Of a stretch of 64,000 bases of DNA, positions 38,359 through 47,423 are shown one piece after another (the first letter of the stretch is position 1; each line of letters opens with the position of its first letter). The translations under genes and the position numbers were made by a program. The DNA is from a virus. The DNA lies in the IMG/VR virus record IMGVR_UViG_3300031787_000044, positions 25,573 through 89,572 of that record; one strand, written 5' to 3'. The notes beneath the pieces were generated by a model that worked only from the letters and a program-made list of their open reading frames with translations, was not told where the DNA came from and ran no database searches.

Positions 38359-38892
38359 ATGGCCTTCAATATAAACGAATTCAAATCACAACTAGTAGGA
38401 GGAGGAGCGAGACCATCGCTCTTCCAAGTCCAAATTACAAACCCAATCAATGCTATCGCTGACTTTAAAGTTCCTTTCATGGTAAGAGCAGCTGCTCTTC
38501 CTGAATCTAACGTAGGATCGTATCAGATACCATACTTTGGCCGTTTCATAAAGTATGCAGGTGACAGAACATTCGCAGACTGGACAGTATCCATCATTAA
38601 CGACGAAGACTTCCTTATTCGCAATGCAATGGAAGCTTGGTCGAACGCGATTAACTCTCACGACTCAAATTCGAGAGCTCTTCCGCAGACATATAAGTCA
38701 AACGCGATCATAACACAGTACAGCAAAGATGGTAGACCTCTTCGTACATACGTGTTCGAAGGAATATATCCTATTGCCATCGGAGCGATACCAATGGCGT
38801 GGGAATCAACCGACCAGATTGAAAACTTTGATGTTACTTTCCAGTACGACATGTGGAGAGTTGAGGGCGCTACTGGCATTTCAACTACTTAA
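38359..38892 (+). CDS. gp19: Tail tube protein gp19
   Basis: GGGARPSLF; KYAGDRTF.DW..INDEDF.IR. Confidence 0.95.
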   Translation: MAFNINEFKSQLVGGGARPSLFQVQITNPINAIADFKVPFMVRAAALPESNVGSYQIPYFGRFIKYAGDRTFADWTVSIINDEDFLIRNAMEAWSNAINSHDSNSRALPQTYKSNAIITQYSKDGRPLRTYVFEGIYPIAIGAIPMAWESTDQIENFDVTFQYDMWRVEGATGISTT

Positions 38893-38908
38893 TTATAGGA
38901 TGTAAAAT

Positions 38909-40573
38909 TTGCGTATCTTTGGCTTTGAGATAAAGAGAGACATCGGCGGTGCCGAAGAAGAAAAAGCTGTCTCCTTTGTAGAACCTAATAACGACGAAGG
39001 TGCGATCACCATAGGAAACTCTTTAGGAGGATCCTATGGTATCGCCATCAACATGGAAGGCGACGCCAAAACAGAAGGCGAACTCGTCACCAAGTATCGT
39101 GGAATGATGATGCAGCCAGAGATAGGTCAGGCAGTTGATGAGGTAGTTAACGAGGCGATCAATATTGATACGCACGAAAACGCTGTAGAGGTAGTTCTAG
39201 ACGACACTGAACTTCCTGATAAAGTAAAGGATCGAATCGTCGAAGAGTTTGAAGAAGTACTTCGTCTTCTTGACTTTTCGAACTATGGGTACGATATCTT
39301 TCAGAAGTTCTACGTAGACGGTCGTCTTAACTATCATATCATTATCGATAATGAAAACATTAAAGACGGTATTAAAGAAATACGATACATCGATCCTCGC
39401 AAACTTCGTCTCGTAAAAGAAATGGACGAGAAGGCGAAAGATCCACATTCAGGTATTCCTCTTAAAAAGATTAAGAAAGAGTACTATCTCTATTCAGATG
39501 CTGGCTTTGGTTCGAAGTCAGTTTCAAACAACATTCATTCTGGGCAAACGGTACAAGGCTATCGCATTGCGAAGGATTCCGTTGCTAGAGTAACGTCAGG
39601 ACTAATGAATGAAACGAACTCATTGGTCCTATCGTATCTTCATCCTGCGATCAAACCGTTAAACCAACTTCGTATGCTAGAAGATGCTACGGTTATCTAT
39701 ACGATCACCCGTGCTCCAGAAAGAAGAATATTCTATATCGACGTAGGACAACTTCCTAAAGCAAAGGCCGAGCAGTACCTACACGATATGATGACTCGTC
39801 ATAAGAATAAACTTCAGTATGACTCTGATAGCGGCGACATTACAGACGGTCGCAAGTTTATGACTATGACTGAAGACTTTTGGTTTCCTCGTAGAGGTGG
39901 CGAGAGATCAACTGAAGTTGATATTCTTGCGGGAGGAAGCGCACAGGCTCTTAGCCAAGATGAAAACCTTCAGTACTTCCAAAGAAAACTGTATAAGTCT
40001 CTAAAGGTTCCGATATCTCGTCTAGAACCAGAAACTATGTATAGCTTTGGAAGAGTCTCAGAAACTACACGTGACGAACTCAAGTTTGGCAAATTCATTC
40101 GCCGTCTAAGAGCTCGTTTCTCTGGTCTATTTGATCTTCTTCTAGAAAAGCAACTCATACTTAAAGGTATCCTAGATCCTGAAGAATGGGCTGAAGTTAA
40201 AGATAAGATCCGCTATGACTTTATGAAGGACAACTACTTTGAGGAACTCAAGCAGACTGAAATTCTTCGTGAAAAAGTCAATATGCTAAAGGATATAGAA
40301 GAGCAGATCGGTAAGTATTACTCTCGTGAGTGGGTCGTTAAGAATGTTCTGTTCATGACTGACGACGAAATGAGAGAGATGCAGAAACAGATGGATAAAG
40401 AGAAAGCAGCTGGTCTATACGATATAGAAATGCCTGGCGATCAACCACCTGACCAAGATCAACAGCCTCCTGCAGATCAACAGCAGCCTCCACAGGACGA
40501 TCTAGAGGCAGAAGAATCATTAAAAGTTATAAATAACAGAATAAAACCATTCAAAAGAGGGCTCAACAAATGA
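38909..40573 (+). CDS. gp20: Portal protein gp20
   Basis: YVDGR; NQLRMLEDA.VIY.ITRAPERRIFYIDVG; RDELKF.KF. Confidence 0.95.
   Translation: MRIFGFEIKRDIGGAEEEKAVSFVEPNNDEGAITIGNSLGGSYGIAINMEGDAKTEGELVTKYRGMMMQPEIGQAVDEVVNEAINIDTHENAVEVVLDDTELPDKVKDRIVEEFEEVLRLLDFSNYGYDIFQKFYVDGRLNYHIIIDNENIKDGIKEIRYIDPRKLRLVKEMDEKAKDPHSGIPLKKIKKEYYLYSDAGFGSKSVSNNIHSGQTVQGYRIAKDSVARVTSGLMNETNSLVLSYLHPAIKPLNQLRMLEDATVIYTITRAPERRIFYIDVGQLPKAKAEQYLHDMMTRHKNKLQYDSDSGDITDGRKFMTMTEDFWFPRRGGERSTEVDILAGGSAQALSQDENLQYFQRKLYKSLKVPISRLEPETMYSFGRVSETTRDELKFGKFIRRLRARFSGLFDLLLEKQLILKGILDPEEWAEVKDKIRYDFMKDNYFEELKQTEILREKVNMLKDIEEQIGKYYSREWVVKNVLFMTDDEMREMQKQMDKEKAAGLYDIEMPGDQPPDQDQQPPADQQQPPQDDLEAEESLKVINNRIKPFKRGLNK
40528..40535 (+). 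promoter_or_regulatory. Late promoter inside the gp20 3' end, serving 40570
   Basis: TATAAATA 35 nt before the ATG. Confidence 0.65.
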
Positions 40574-42885
40574 AGACTCTACGTCAGATAATATCAGAGG
40601 TCGCGCAGCCAAAGGCCGGTGACGAGAAAGATTTCAAAGATAAACATATCATTGATAAGGTAGATCATCCTGTTGCCCCTGATCACGCGTTTACTGGAAA
40701 TACAAAAAAGGCGCCTAAGCGCAGAGCAGACTACGATAAGGGCGAAGATGAGACTGTCTACGAAGGTAGCTTTGATGTTCCTACCGCTGAAGGTGGTGAG
40801 CACGATACCGAGGACAGCCATGTAAAGTATAAGAAGGGAAATAAGCCTTCTAAATCTGTTAACGAAGCAGTGTTTGTAATTCCTGAAGAAATCCTTGCAA
40901 CTGAAAAGAATGCGTTCCACACCGCTGCTGCAAACGCTCACAAGTCAGGTGCAAAGCACTTTGCCTTTGGTGGCAAGAAGTATCCAGTCACGATGTCGAA
41001 GGATGCTGCTAGCACATTCGCTGGTAAGGGTTCCATGAAGAAGGAAGCAATGGATCCGGTCGGCAAAGAAGATGGTGACATTGATAACGACGGTGATAAG
41101 GATAAATCAGATAAGTATCTTCACAATCGTCGTAAAGCGATTGGCAAAGCTATTCGTAAAGAAGAAGTTGAACTCGACGAAGCAACCTTCTCTATGGATA
41201 TCGATGGCAATTATAAGAAAAACGCCGCCTCAGGTGCGTTAAATGCAGGTCTTAAGATTAATTTTAAGCAGCACGGCGGTGCCACAGAAATGATTCTTAT
41301 GGGTGATAAAGATAAGATTACAAAATTCTTAAAAGCTCGTAAGGTTCCATCTGCAGAAATAAACAACGGTTTTGTAAAAGAAGAAGCCGAAGAACTCGAT
41401 GAGATCTCTCGCGACCTTGCTCGTAGATATATTCGTAAAGTTGCTGACAAAACCAACACAGGCGAATTAAGCACTAAGGAAGTCATGAAGCGTAGACCTG
41501 GTGTAAATCTTGCTGGCAAAAAAGCATACCCTGGGGTTGCTGGTGAACCAAAGGTTCGCGCTACCGAGAGTGTAGAGCTGGATGAAATTAGTAAGAAGAC
41601 TCTTGGTTCATATATCAAGAAAGCTAATATAAGCGCTATGGATCAGGCTAGAAAGTCTGGAGAATATAATAACCCAGATCAACCAAAGAATTTTAGCAAA
41701 GCTATGGACAGAATGCGCGGTATTAAAAAGGCAACTGATAAACTCGTTGCTAAAGAAGAAGTCGAACAACTCGACGAGCTTTCTCCAAACACTCTACATA
41801 GCTACATCAAGAAAGCTGCTGGTAATATGGCAGGTAATGCTGCTGTTGCTGCTGCTCAGGCATCTTCATCGATGAAGAAGTCAAGTCCAGATGTAAAGCG
41901 TAAGATCAAGAACCGTATGATGGGTATATCTGGCGCTTCTGGTCGTCTCGCTGATAAAGCAAACATGGCAGAAGACGCATACGAAGAAATTCCGATGATG
42001 ATGAGCCAACTTGAGTTCATTTGCTACGCAGCGGAAGAGATCATGGACTACCTCGATATGGGGATAGACCCAGAAGAGTGGTATCAAAACAAGCTATCAA
42101 ATGCTTATCAGACAATGATGTCTCTATACTCTTATGCTCGTGGCGAGATGAGAATGACATCTAGATCTGGCGGAAGCGGATACTATGACGACATGTATGG
42201 AGAAGAAGTCGAGCAGATTGATGAGATTTCGCAAGACAAACTTCGCGACTATCACGCTGCGGCTGCTTTAGATCTTAAGAAGAAAAGAGAGAAGCTAGAT
42301 AAAGGCACTCTAACTTCTAAAGACTATAAGCAAGGACAGAACCGTGTAACTGGCCTAAACAGATCCGCAAACAAGATGGAAGAAGTTGAACTCGAAGAAG
42401 ATATAACAAAAATGTCTCACGGGCGTCTTAAGTGGCATATGAATAGTGGCGTACCACATGGTAGCTACACTAAAGACGAAATGAAAAAAGAAAGAGATCG
42501 TCGTTTAAAGACAGATCCTATGGGCTATCGCTCAGCAAAGGCTGGTCTTAACGAAGTAACACATACTGCTCTTAAAAAGACTATTTCTTATACGGACTCA
42601 CAAGGAAAGAGCAGAACGAGAAACGTTCCGATCTCAAACGTAGATCGCGATGCAGACGGTGAAGAAAAGATCCGAGAGTCTGTAGAACTTACAGAAGTAT
42701 TCAACCAAGGTATCGTAAAACTTAAGGACGGATCATCTGTAATACTTAAGAAGGAAGACGCCGATCTTCTAAATCAAATGCTTAAGGATCTTTCTTCCGC
42801 AAATCGTAAAAAAATGGAAGAAGTCGCAATGAAAGATAAGACTGGATTTAACGAAATCCTTAGCTTTGCGAGGGAAGCACTATGA
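40570..42885 (+). CDS. Modular prohead core / internal head protein (putative polyprotein)
   Basis: Occupies the gp67/gp68 position; CTS-like N-terminus MKTLRQIISE; repeated E(E/S)VE(L/I)xE linkers. Confidence 0.65.
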   Translation: MKTLRQIISEVAQPKAGDEKDFKDKHIIDKVDHPVAPDHAFTGNTKKAPKRRADYDKGEDETVYEGSFDVPTAEGGEHDTEDSHVKYKKGNKPSKSVNEAVFVIPEEILATEKNAFHTAAANAHKSGAKHFAFGGKKYPVTMSKDAASTFAGKGSMKKEAMDPVGKEDGDIDNDGDKDKSDKYLHNRRKAIGKAIRKEEVELDEATFSMDIDGNYKKNAASGALNAGLKINFKQHGGATEMILMGDKDKITKFLKARKVPSAEINNGFVKEEAEELDEISRDLARRYIRKVADKTNTGELSTKEVMKRRPGVNLAGKKAYPGVAGEPKVRATESVELDEISKKTLGSYIKKANISAMDQARKSGEYNNPDQPKNFSKAMDRMRGIKKATDKLVAKEEVEQLDELSPNTLHSYIKKAAGNMAGNAAVAAAQASSSMKKSSPDVKRKIKNRMMGISGASGRLADKANMAEDAYEEIPMMMSQLEFICYAAEEIMDYLDMGIDPEEWYQNKLSNAYQTMMSLYSYARGEMRMTSRSGGSGYYDDMYGEEVEQIDEISQDKLRDYHAAAALDLKKKREKLDKGTLTSKDYKQGQNRVTGLNRSANKMEEVELEEDITKMSHGRLKWHMNSGVPHGSYTKDEMKKERDRRLKTDPMGYRSAKAGLNEVTHTALKKTISYTDSQGKSRTRNVPISNVDRDADGEEKIRESVELTEVFNQGIVKLKDGSSVILKKEDADLLNQMLKDLSSANRKKMEEVAMKDKTGFNEILSFAREAL

Positions 42886-43121
42886 TACTTAAAGCTTTAA
42901 ACACTGAACTATCATTCACATCTGCAAACACCGTATACGACTCAAAACTAGTTCGTATCTATGCGGCTGCAAATTCAGTCATCACAGTTACTAGTGCGAC
43001 GAATCCAACAGCAACGTTCACGATGCCGCAAGGGACGATAGAAATTCTAGAAAAACTTTCTACAGATACGATTGCAGGATCGACCACCATTAAATGCACT
43101 CCAGTTTCATATAAGAATTAA
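42882..43121 (+). CDS. Small head-region protein
   Basis: 79 aa, overlaps the upstream stop, directly before gp21. Confidence 0.55.
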   Translation: MILKALNTELSFTSANTVYDSKLVRIYAAANSVITVTSATNPTATFTMPQGTIEILEKLSTDTIAGSTTIKCTPVSYKN

Positions 43122-43124
43122 AAT

Positions 43125-43132
43125 TATAAATA
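43125..43132 (+). promoter_or_regulatory. Late promoter for gp21
   Basis: TATAAATA. Confidence 0.75.
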
Positions 43133-43150
43133 AAATAAAGGAGATTAGAT

Positions 43151-43825
43151 ATGAAACTGATTACAGAAACAATCGAAGAAGTTCAAGTTGTCACTGAGGC
43201 AAACGAGAACGAGCCAAAGCAGTACTTCATCGAAGGTATCTTCATGCAGGGCGATATCAAGAATCGCAACGGACGCATATACCCTTCAACAATTCTTGAA
43301 AAAGAAATGATGAGATATGAGGATCAGTTCATCAAGACAAAGAGAGCTCTTGGCGAACTTGGACACCCAGACGGACCGCAGATAAACGGTGATCGTGTCT
43401 CTCACCTCATCACAGATATGAAGCGTGACGGATCGAACTTCGTTGGTAAAGCAAAGATACTTAGCACACCAATGGGTAACATCGTAAAAACTTTTATCGA
43501 TGAAGGTGTAAAGGTTGGTGTATCTACTCGTGGTCTTGGTTCTGTTAAACCAACTAAAGAAGGTATCATGGAAGTTCAGAACGACTTCCATCTTGCTACT
43601 GTAGATATCGTTACGGATCCTTCGGGTCCAAACTGTTTTGTTAACGGAATCATGGAAAATACAGAGTATTTCTACGACATAGTTTCCGGAACTTGGAGAG
43701 CCCAGCAGATGATCGAAGAGGCCGTGAAGGAAGTGAAGAAAACGTATAAGAGAACTGAAAGAAAGATTGACGAAGCGTTTGCTGCTCGTCTCTTTGAAAA
43801 CTTCGTTCGTTCTCTGAAGAAATAA
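43151..43825 (+). CDS. gp21: Prohead protease gp21
   Basis: IEGIFMQ...NRNGRIY; ALGELGHP; GVSTRGLGS; DIVTDPS. Confidence 0.95.
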   Translation: MKLITETIEEVQVVTEANENEPKQYFIEGIFMQGDIKNRNGRIYPSTILEKEMMRYEDQFIKTKRALGELGHPDGPQINGDRVSHLITDMKRDGSNFVGKAKILSTPMGNIVKTFIDEGVKVGVSTRGLGSVKPTKEGIMEVQNDFHLATVDIVTDPSGPNCFVNGIMENTEYFYDIVSGTWRAQQMIEEAVKEVKKTYKRTERKIDEAFAARLFENFVRSLKK

Positions 43826-43829
43826 GTTT

Positions 43830-43837
43830 TATAAATA
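43830..43837 (+). promoter_or_regulatory. Late promoter for gp22
   Basis: TATAAATA. Confidence 0.75.
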
Positions 43838-43875
43838 TGGATATGAAACACGAATCCATTAAAAGGAGAGTAAAT

Positions 43876-44820
43876 ATGTCAAAGTTAGAAGAAAAATTTG
43901 TAAGCGATGACGGTGTCTCTACGGTTCCTGATGCTGTTACACCAGAAGGTGGAGAAGTTAAGGCACGTAGAGGAGACGTAAAGAAAGCTGTCGATCCAAA
44001 GGCAGGTTCTGTTGCAAAGCCTCCAGTTTCCGAGTCAGAAGAAACTGAAGAAGAAGTAATCGAAGAAGAAGTTGTTTCTATTGAAGAATCAATTTCTAGC
44101 ATGTTCGAAGGTATCGATCTTTCAGAAGAATTCAGATCAAAGGTAACGCTCGTATTCGAAGCAGCTGTAAATGAAGCAGCTCAGATTCGTATAAACGAAG
44201 CAACCGCAGCTCTTGAAGAAGAATTCGAACAAAAGCTTACAGAATCCGTTAGCGAAGCTATGGATGAAATCGTAGAGAATCTAGACTCATACCTCGACTA
44301 TGTAGTAGAAGAGTGGATGAAAGAGAACGAAGTTGCTATCGAAGCTGGTATCAAAGTTGAGATGGCTGAGTCCCTAATGAGTGGACTTAAAGAACTATTC
44401 ACTGAGCACAACATCGATATCGACGATGAGACTCTAGATGTAGTTGCTGGCCTAGAAGAGCACAACGCTTCTCTAGCGGATCAGGCAAACGAAGTGATCA
44501 ACGAAAACATCGAGCTTAAGAAGACTATTGTTGCTCTTAAGGCTGATAAAGTTTTTGAAGAAGTTTCAGAAGGACTCACCGTTTCTCAGAAAGAAAGACT
44601 AAGAGTTCTATCAGAAAAGCTTGACGCTGATAACGTCGATGGCTATAAGTCAGATCTTGAAACTCTTAAGGAATCTTTCTTTAAGACTAAGAAATCTCAA
44701 GTGATCAACGAAGAAGCAGAAGAAGTTCTTACTGAAGAAGTGGCAGTTAAAAAGCCAGCATCTTCGTATTCAACCGTCAATGCCATCGTTGAAGCACTAA
44801 ACAAGAAAACTGTTAAGTGA
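43876..44820 (+). CDS. gp22: Prohead core scaffold gp22
   Basis: AGGAG RBS before MSKLEE; LSEEF..K...VFEAAV; DSYLDYVVEEWM.ENEVAIE.GIK. Confidence 0.9.
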   Translation: MSKLEEKFVSDDGVSTVPDAVTPEGGEVKARRGDVKKAVDPKAGSVAKPPVSESEETEEEVIEEEVVSIEESISSMFEGIDLSEEFRSKVTLVFEAAVNEAAQIRINEATAALEEEFEQKLTESVSEAMDEIVENLDSYLDYVVEEWMKENEVAIEAGIKVEMAESLMSGLKELFTEHNIDIDDETLDVVAGLEEHNASLADQANEVINENIELKKTIVALKADKVFEEVSEGLTVSQKERLRVLSEKLDADNVDGYKSDLETLKESFFKTKKSQVINEEAEEVLTEEVAVKKPASSYSTVNAIVEALNKKTVK

Positions 44821-44832
44821 AAAAAACAAAAT

Positions 44833-44840
44833 TATAAATA
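44833..44840 (+). promoter_or_regulatory. Late promoter for gp23
   Basis: TATAAATA. Confidence 0.8.
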
Positions 44841-44878
44841 AAACCAGAAAATAACAACAGCCAAAGGAGAGACAGCAA

Positions 44879-46189
44879 ATGAGTCAATCTAATAGAACTT
44901 TAGTCGAAAAGTGGGGTCCTCTTCTTGAGCACTCTTCATTCTCGCCAATCAAAGACGAGCACAGAAAAGCAGTAACTGCTACTCTACTCGAAAACACAGA
45001 AAAGGCACTTCTTGAGTCCGGCGACCAGTCAATCAACATGACTTCGCTCCTTCAAGAAGCTCCAACCAACTTCGCCGGAACCGGCGGTTTTGGTTCAAGC
45101 GCAGCTACACCACAAGCTGGTTACGACCCAATCCTCATCAGCCTAGTTCGTCGTTCCATGCCAAACCTAATGGCATACGACATTGCTGGTGTTCAGCCAA
45201 TGACCGGCCCAACTGGTCTTATCTTCGCAATGCGTTCTAACTACAACGCAATGTCAGGTAACACCGCAGTAGAAGCTTTCTACGGCGAAGCTGACTCCGA
45301 CTTCTCCGGTACAGGCACAATGGCTGGTACAACCGGTGGCGCTGCTACCGCAAACACCGGTACTGGTATGACCACTGCAGCTGCTGAAGCTCTTGGCGAC
45401 GGAAACGGAACCAACTTCGCACAGATGGCTCTTGCTATCGAAAAAGTTACCGTATCTGCAAAGAGCCGCGCGCTAAAAGCAGAATACACCACTGAACTTG
45501 CACAAGACCTTCGTGCTGTTCATGGTCTTGACGCAGAGTCCGAACTTGCTAACATTCTTCAGTCTGAAATCCTCGCAGAAATCAACCGTGAAGTTGTTCG
45601 CACAATCTATACCTCTGCTGTAACCGGTGCTGCAAACACTGCTGCTGCTGGCGTATTCGACCTTGACGTTGACTCAAACGGCCGTTGGTCAGTTGAGAAG
45701 TTCAAGGGACTTATGTTCCAGATCGAACTTGAAGCTAATGCAATTGCAAAAGCTACTCGTAGAGGCAAGGGTAACATCGTGGTCTGTTCTTCTGACGTAG
45801 CTTCCGCTCTTCAGATGGCAGGTGTCCTCGATTATACACCAGCTCTCAACAGCAACGCTCTTAACGTAGACGATACCGGAAACACCTTCGCCGGTGTTCT
45901 AAACGGTCGCTACAGAGTTTATGTAGATCCATACGCTGGTGCAAACTACATGGTCGTAGGTTACAAGGGTGCATCTGCTTTCGACGCAGGTATCTTCTAC
46001 TGCCCATACGTTCCACTACAGATGTACCGCGCTGTTGGTGAAGACAGCTTCCAGCCAAAGATCGGCTTCAAAACCCGCTACGGCATGGTTGCTAACCCAT
46101 TCGCTTTCGGCCCAACCCGTAGCGAAGGTGCTCTTACTGCAAACAGCAACGTCTACTACAGACGCGTTAGAGTATCTAACCTATTCTAA
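44879..46189 (+). CDS. gp23: Major capsid protein gp23
   Basis: LVRRSMPNL.AYDIAGVQPMTGPTGLIFAMR; KSRALKAEYT.ELAQDL; FQPKIGFKTRYG. Confidence 0.97.
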   Translation: MSQSNRTLVEKWGPLLEHSSFSPIKDEHRKAVTATLLENTEKALLESGDQSINMTSLLQEAPTNFAGTGGFGSSAATPQAGYDPILISLVRRSMPNLMAYDIAGVQPMTGPTGLIFAMRSNYNAMSGNTAVEAFYGEADSDFSGTGTMAGTTGGAATANTGTGMTTAAAEALGDGNGTNFAQMALAIEKVTVSAKSRALKAEYTTELAQDLRAVHGLDAESELANILQSEILAEINREVVRTIYTSAVTGAANTAAAGVFDLDVDSNGRWSVEKFKGLMFQIELEANAIAKATRRGKGNIVVCSSDVASALQMAGVLDYTPALNSNALNVDDTGNTFAGVLNGRYRVYVDPYAGANYMVVGYKGASAFDAGIFYCPYVPLQMYRAVGEDSFQPKIGFKTRYGMVANPFAFGPTRSEGALTANSNVYYRRVRVSNLF

Positions 46190-46229
46190 TATAAAAGAGG
46201 CCGGAAACAACCGGCCCCTTCTAAAGCTT

Positions 46230-46256
46230 GGGTGGATCTTCGGATCCACCCTTTTT
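46230..46256 (+). terminator. Rho-independent terminator with a cUUCGg tetraloop after gp23
   Basis: GGGTGGATC-TTCG-GATCCACCC-TTTTT; a second GC hairpin at ~46195-46220; lies at the convergent strand switch. Confidence 0.9.
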
Positions 46257-46890
46257 ATTTAATAGAAGTACGCTTAAAGATGATCGCGCCGTCGATCCAA
46301 CGCTGCTCTTCAAAGCCAATAGCTTTTAGAGCATCAGGAACTAGAGAAACATCTCCCCAGTTAATATCGTCAGCGATACAGTAACCACCGAGTTTAACTT
46401 GGCGCGCGTACTTTTCTACGTCACGAATTGCTTGTACCGTATGTTGACCATCGATGTACAGGAAGTCGATATCATAGATCACAGGCGCATCATCGCTAGC
46501 CTTTCGAATGATCTCTACATATTCAGAACAACCGTTTTCTTCGATCAAAGTAGTAAAGACTTCATAGATCCAAGGCATGTTAACCTTAGTCCAGAACTCG
46601 TAATGCTCGCCATCATATCCCTTTGTAGCTTCTCCGTTATCCCAGGGATCGATCGCGTAGACCTTTCCAGAGTTCATTCGCTTAAGCTCTAGAGCTACTG
46701 GAATGACACTCTTTCCGCCATAGACGCCGATCTCTACGCAAATTGGATCATTAACTCGTGTAAAGATATCATCAATGCAGTCGATAATACATCCTGCTTT
46801 ATCTAGCGAACACCATCCCCATACTCCGTATCGGCTATCGAAGTCGGGATAGATCTTTTCAATAGCTCGTTTGCTTTGTTCCTTGCTCAT
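46255..46890 (-). CDS. Class I SAM-dependent methyltransferase (Methyltransf_24-like)
   Basis: VEIGVYGGKS...AIDPW; IDFLYIDGQH...GG...DD. Confidence 0.8.
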   Translation of the reverse strand: MSKEQSKRAIEKIYPDFDSRYGVWGWCSLDKAGCIIDCIDDIFTRVNDPICVEIGVYGGKSVIPVALELKRMNSGKVYAIDPWDNGEATKGYDGEHYEFWTKVNMPWIYEVFTTLIEENGCSEYVEIIRKASDDAPVIYDIDFLYIDGQHTVQAIRDVEKYARQVKLGGYCIADDINWGDVSLVPDALKAIGFEEQRWIDGAIIFKRTSIK

Positions 46891-47135
46891 TAAGCCATGC
46901 CCAACGCGGACTTGTACATCTCAAGAACAGCTTCTTCTTCGGCGATTGCATCGGCCTTGCGCTTACGAATAGCAATAATCTTCTTCATTACCTTGGTGTC
47001 GTATCCACGACCCTTAGCTTCTGCCATGACTTCTTTCTGAGAACTAGTCACGTCTTTCTTTTCTTCTTCGAGGCGTTCGTAGCGCTCGATGAACTGACGA
47101 AGTTCTTCTGCGGTTACGTTATATGCGTCATTCAT
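46890..47135 (-). CDS. gapR: GapR/DUF2312 (UPF0335) nucleoid-associated protein
   Basis: ELRQFIER.ERLEEEKK...KEVMAEAKGRGYDTKVM...EEEAVLEMYK.ALGM. Confidence 0.88.
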   Translation of the reverse strand: MNDAYNVTAEELRQFIERYERLEEEKKDVTSSQKEVMAEAKGRGYDTKVMKKIIAIRKRKADAIAEEEAVLEMYKSALGMA

Positions 47136-47156
47136 AGTATATTCTCCTGTGTTATG

Positions 47157-47243
47157 TTAAAGTAAGTATAGGCTCATACCAAGCGGTACACCTACAATCA
47201 AAATCATTACGATAAAAAGTGAAAGTCCTAGACCTTTAAACAT
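47157..47243 (-). CDS. 28-aa single-TM peptide (not in the ORF track)
   Basis: MFKGLGLSLFIVMILIVGVPLGMSLYLL*; fills the gap between genes. Confidence 0.45.
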   Translation of the reverse strand: MFKGLGLSLFIVMILIVGVPLGMSLYLL

Positions 47244-47383
47244 TTTCGCAGCTCAGCTCCTTCAAAATTGCTCATCTTCAAATATTTTTCCAAGACTGCG
47301 TTGCTAGGATCGAGTCGCAAGATTTCTTTTGCGAACTGCTCGATCATATCATAGTCCAACTGGGTTTTGATGTGTTTTCCCAT
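47228..47383 (-). CDS. Hypothetical protein (51 aa)
   Basis: Start reassigned to MGKHIK after AGGTGGA. Confidence 0.5.
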   Translation of the reverse strand: MGKHIKTQLDYDMIEQFAKEILRLDPSNAVLEKYLKMSNFEGAELRKCLKV

Positions 47384-47423
47384 TACAGATCCACCTATTA
47401 TATATTGTGTAAAGAGAGGCAGC

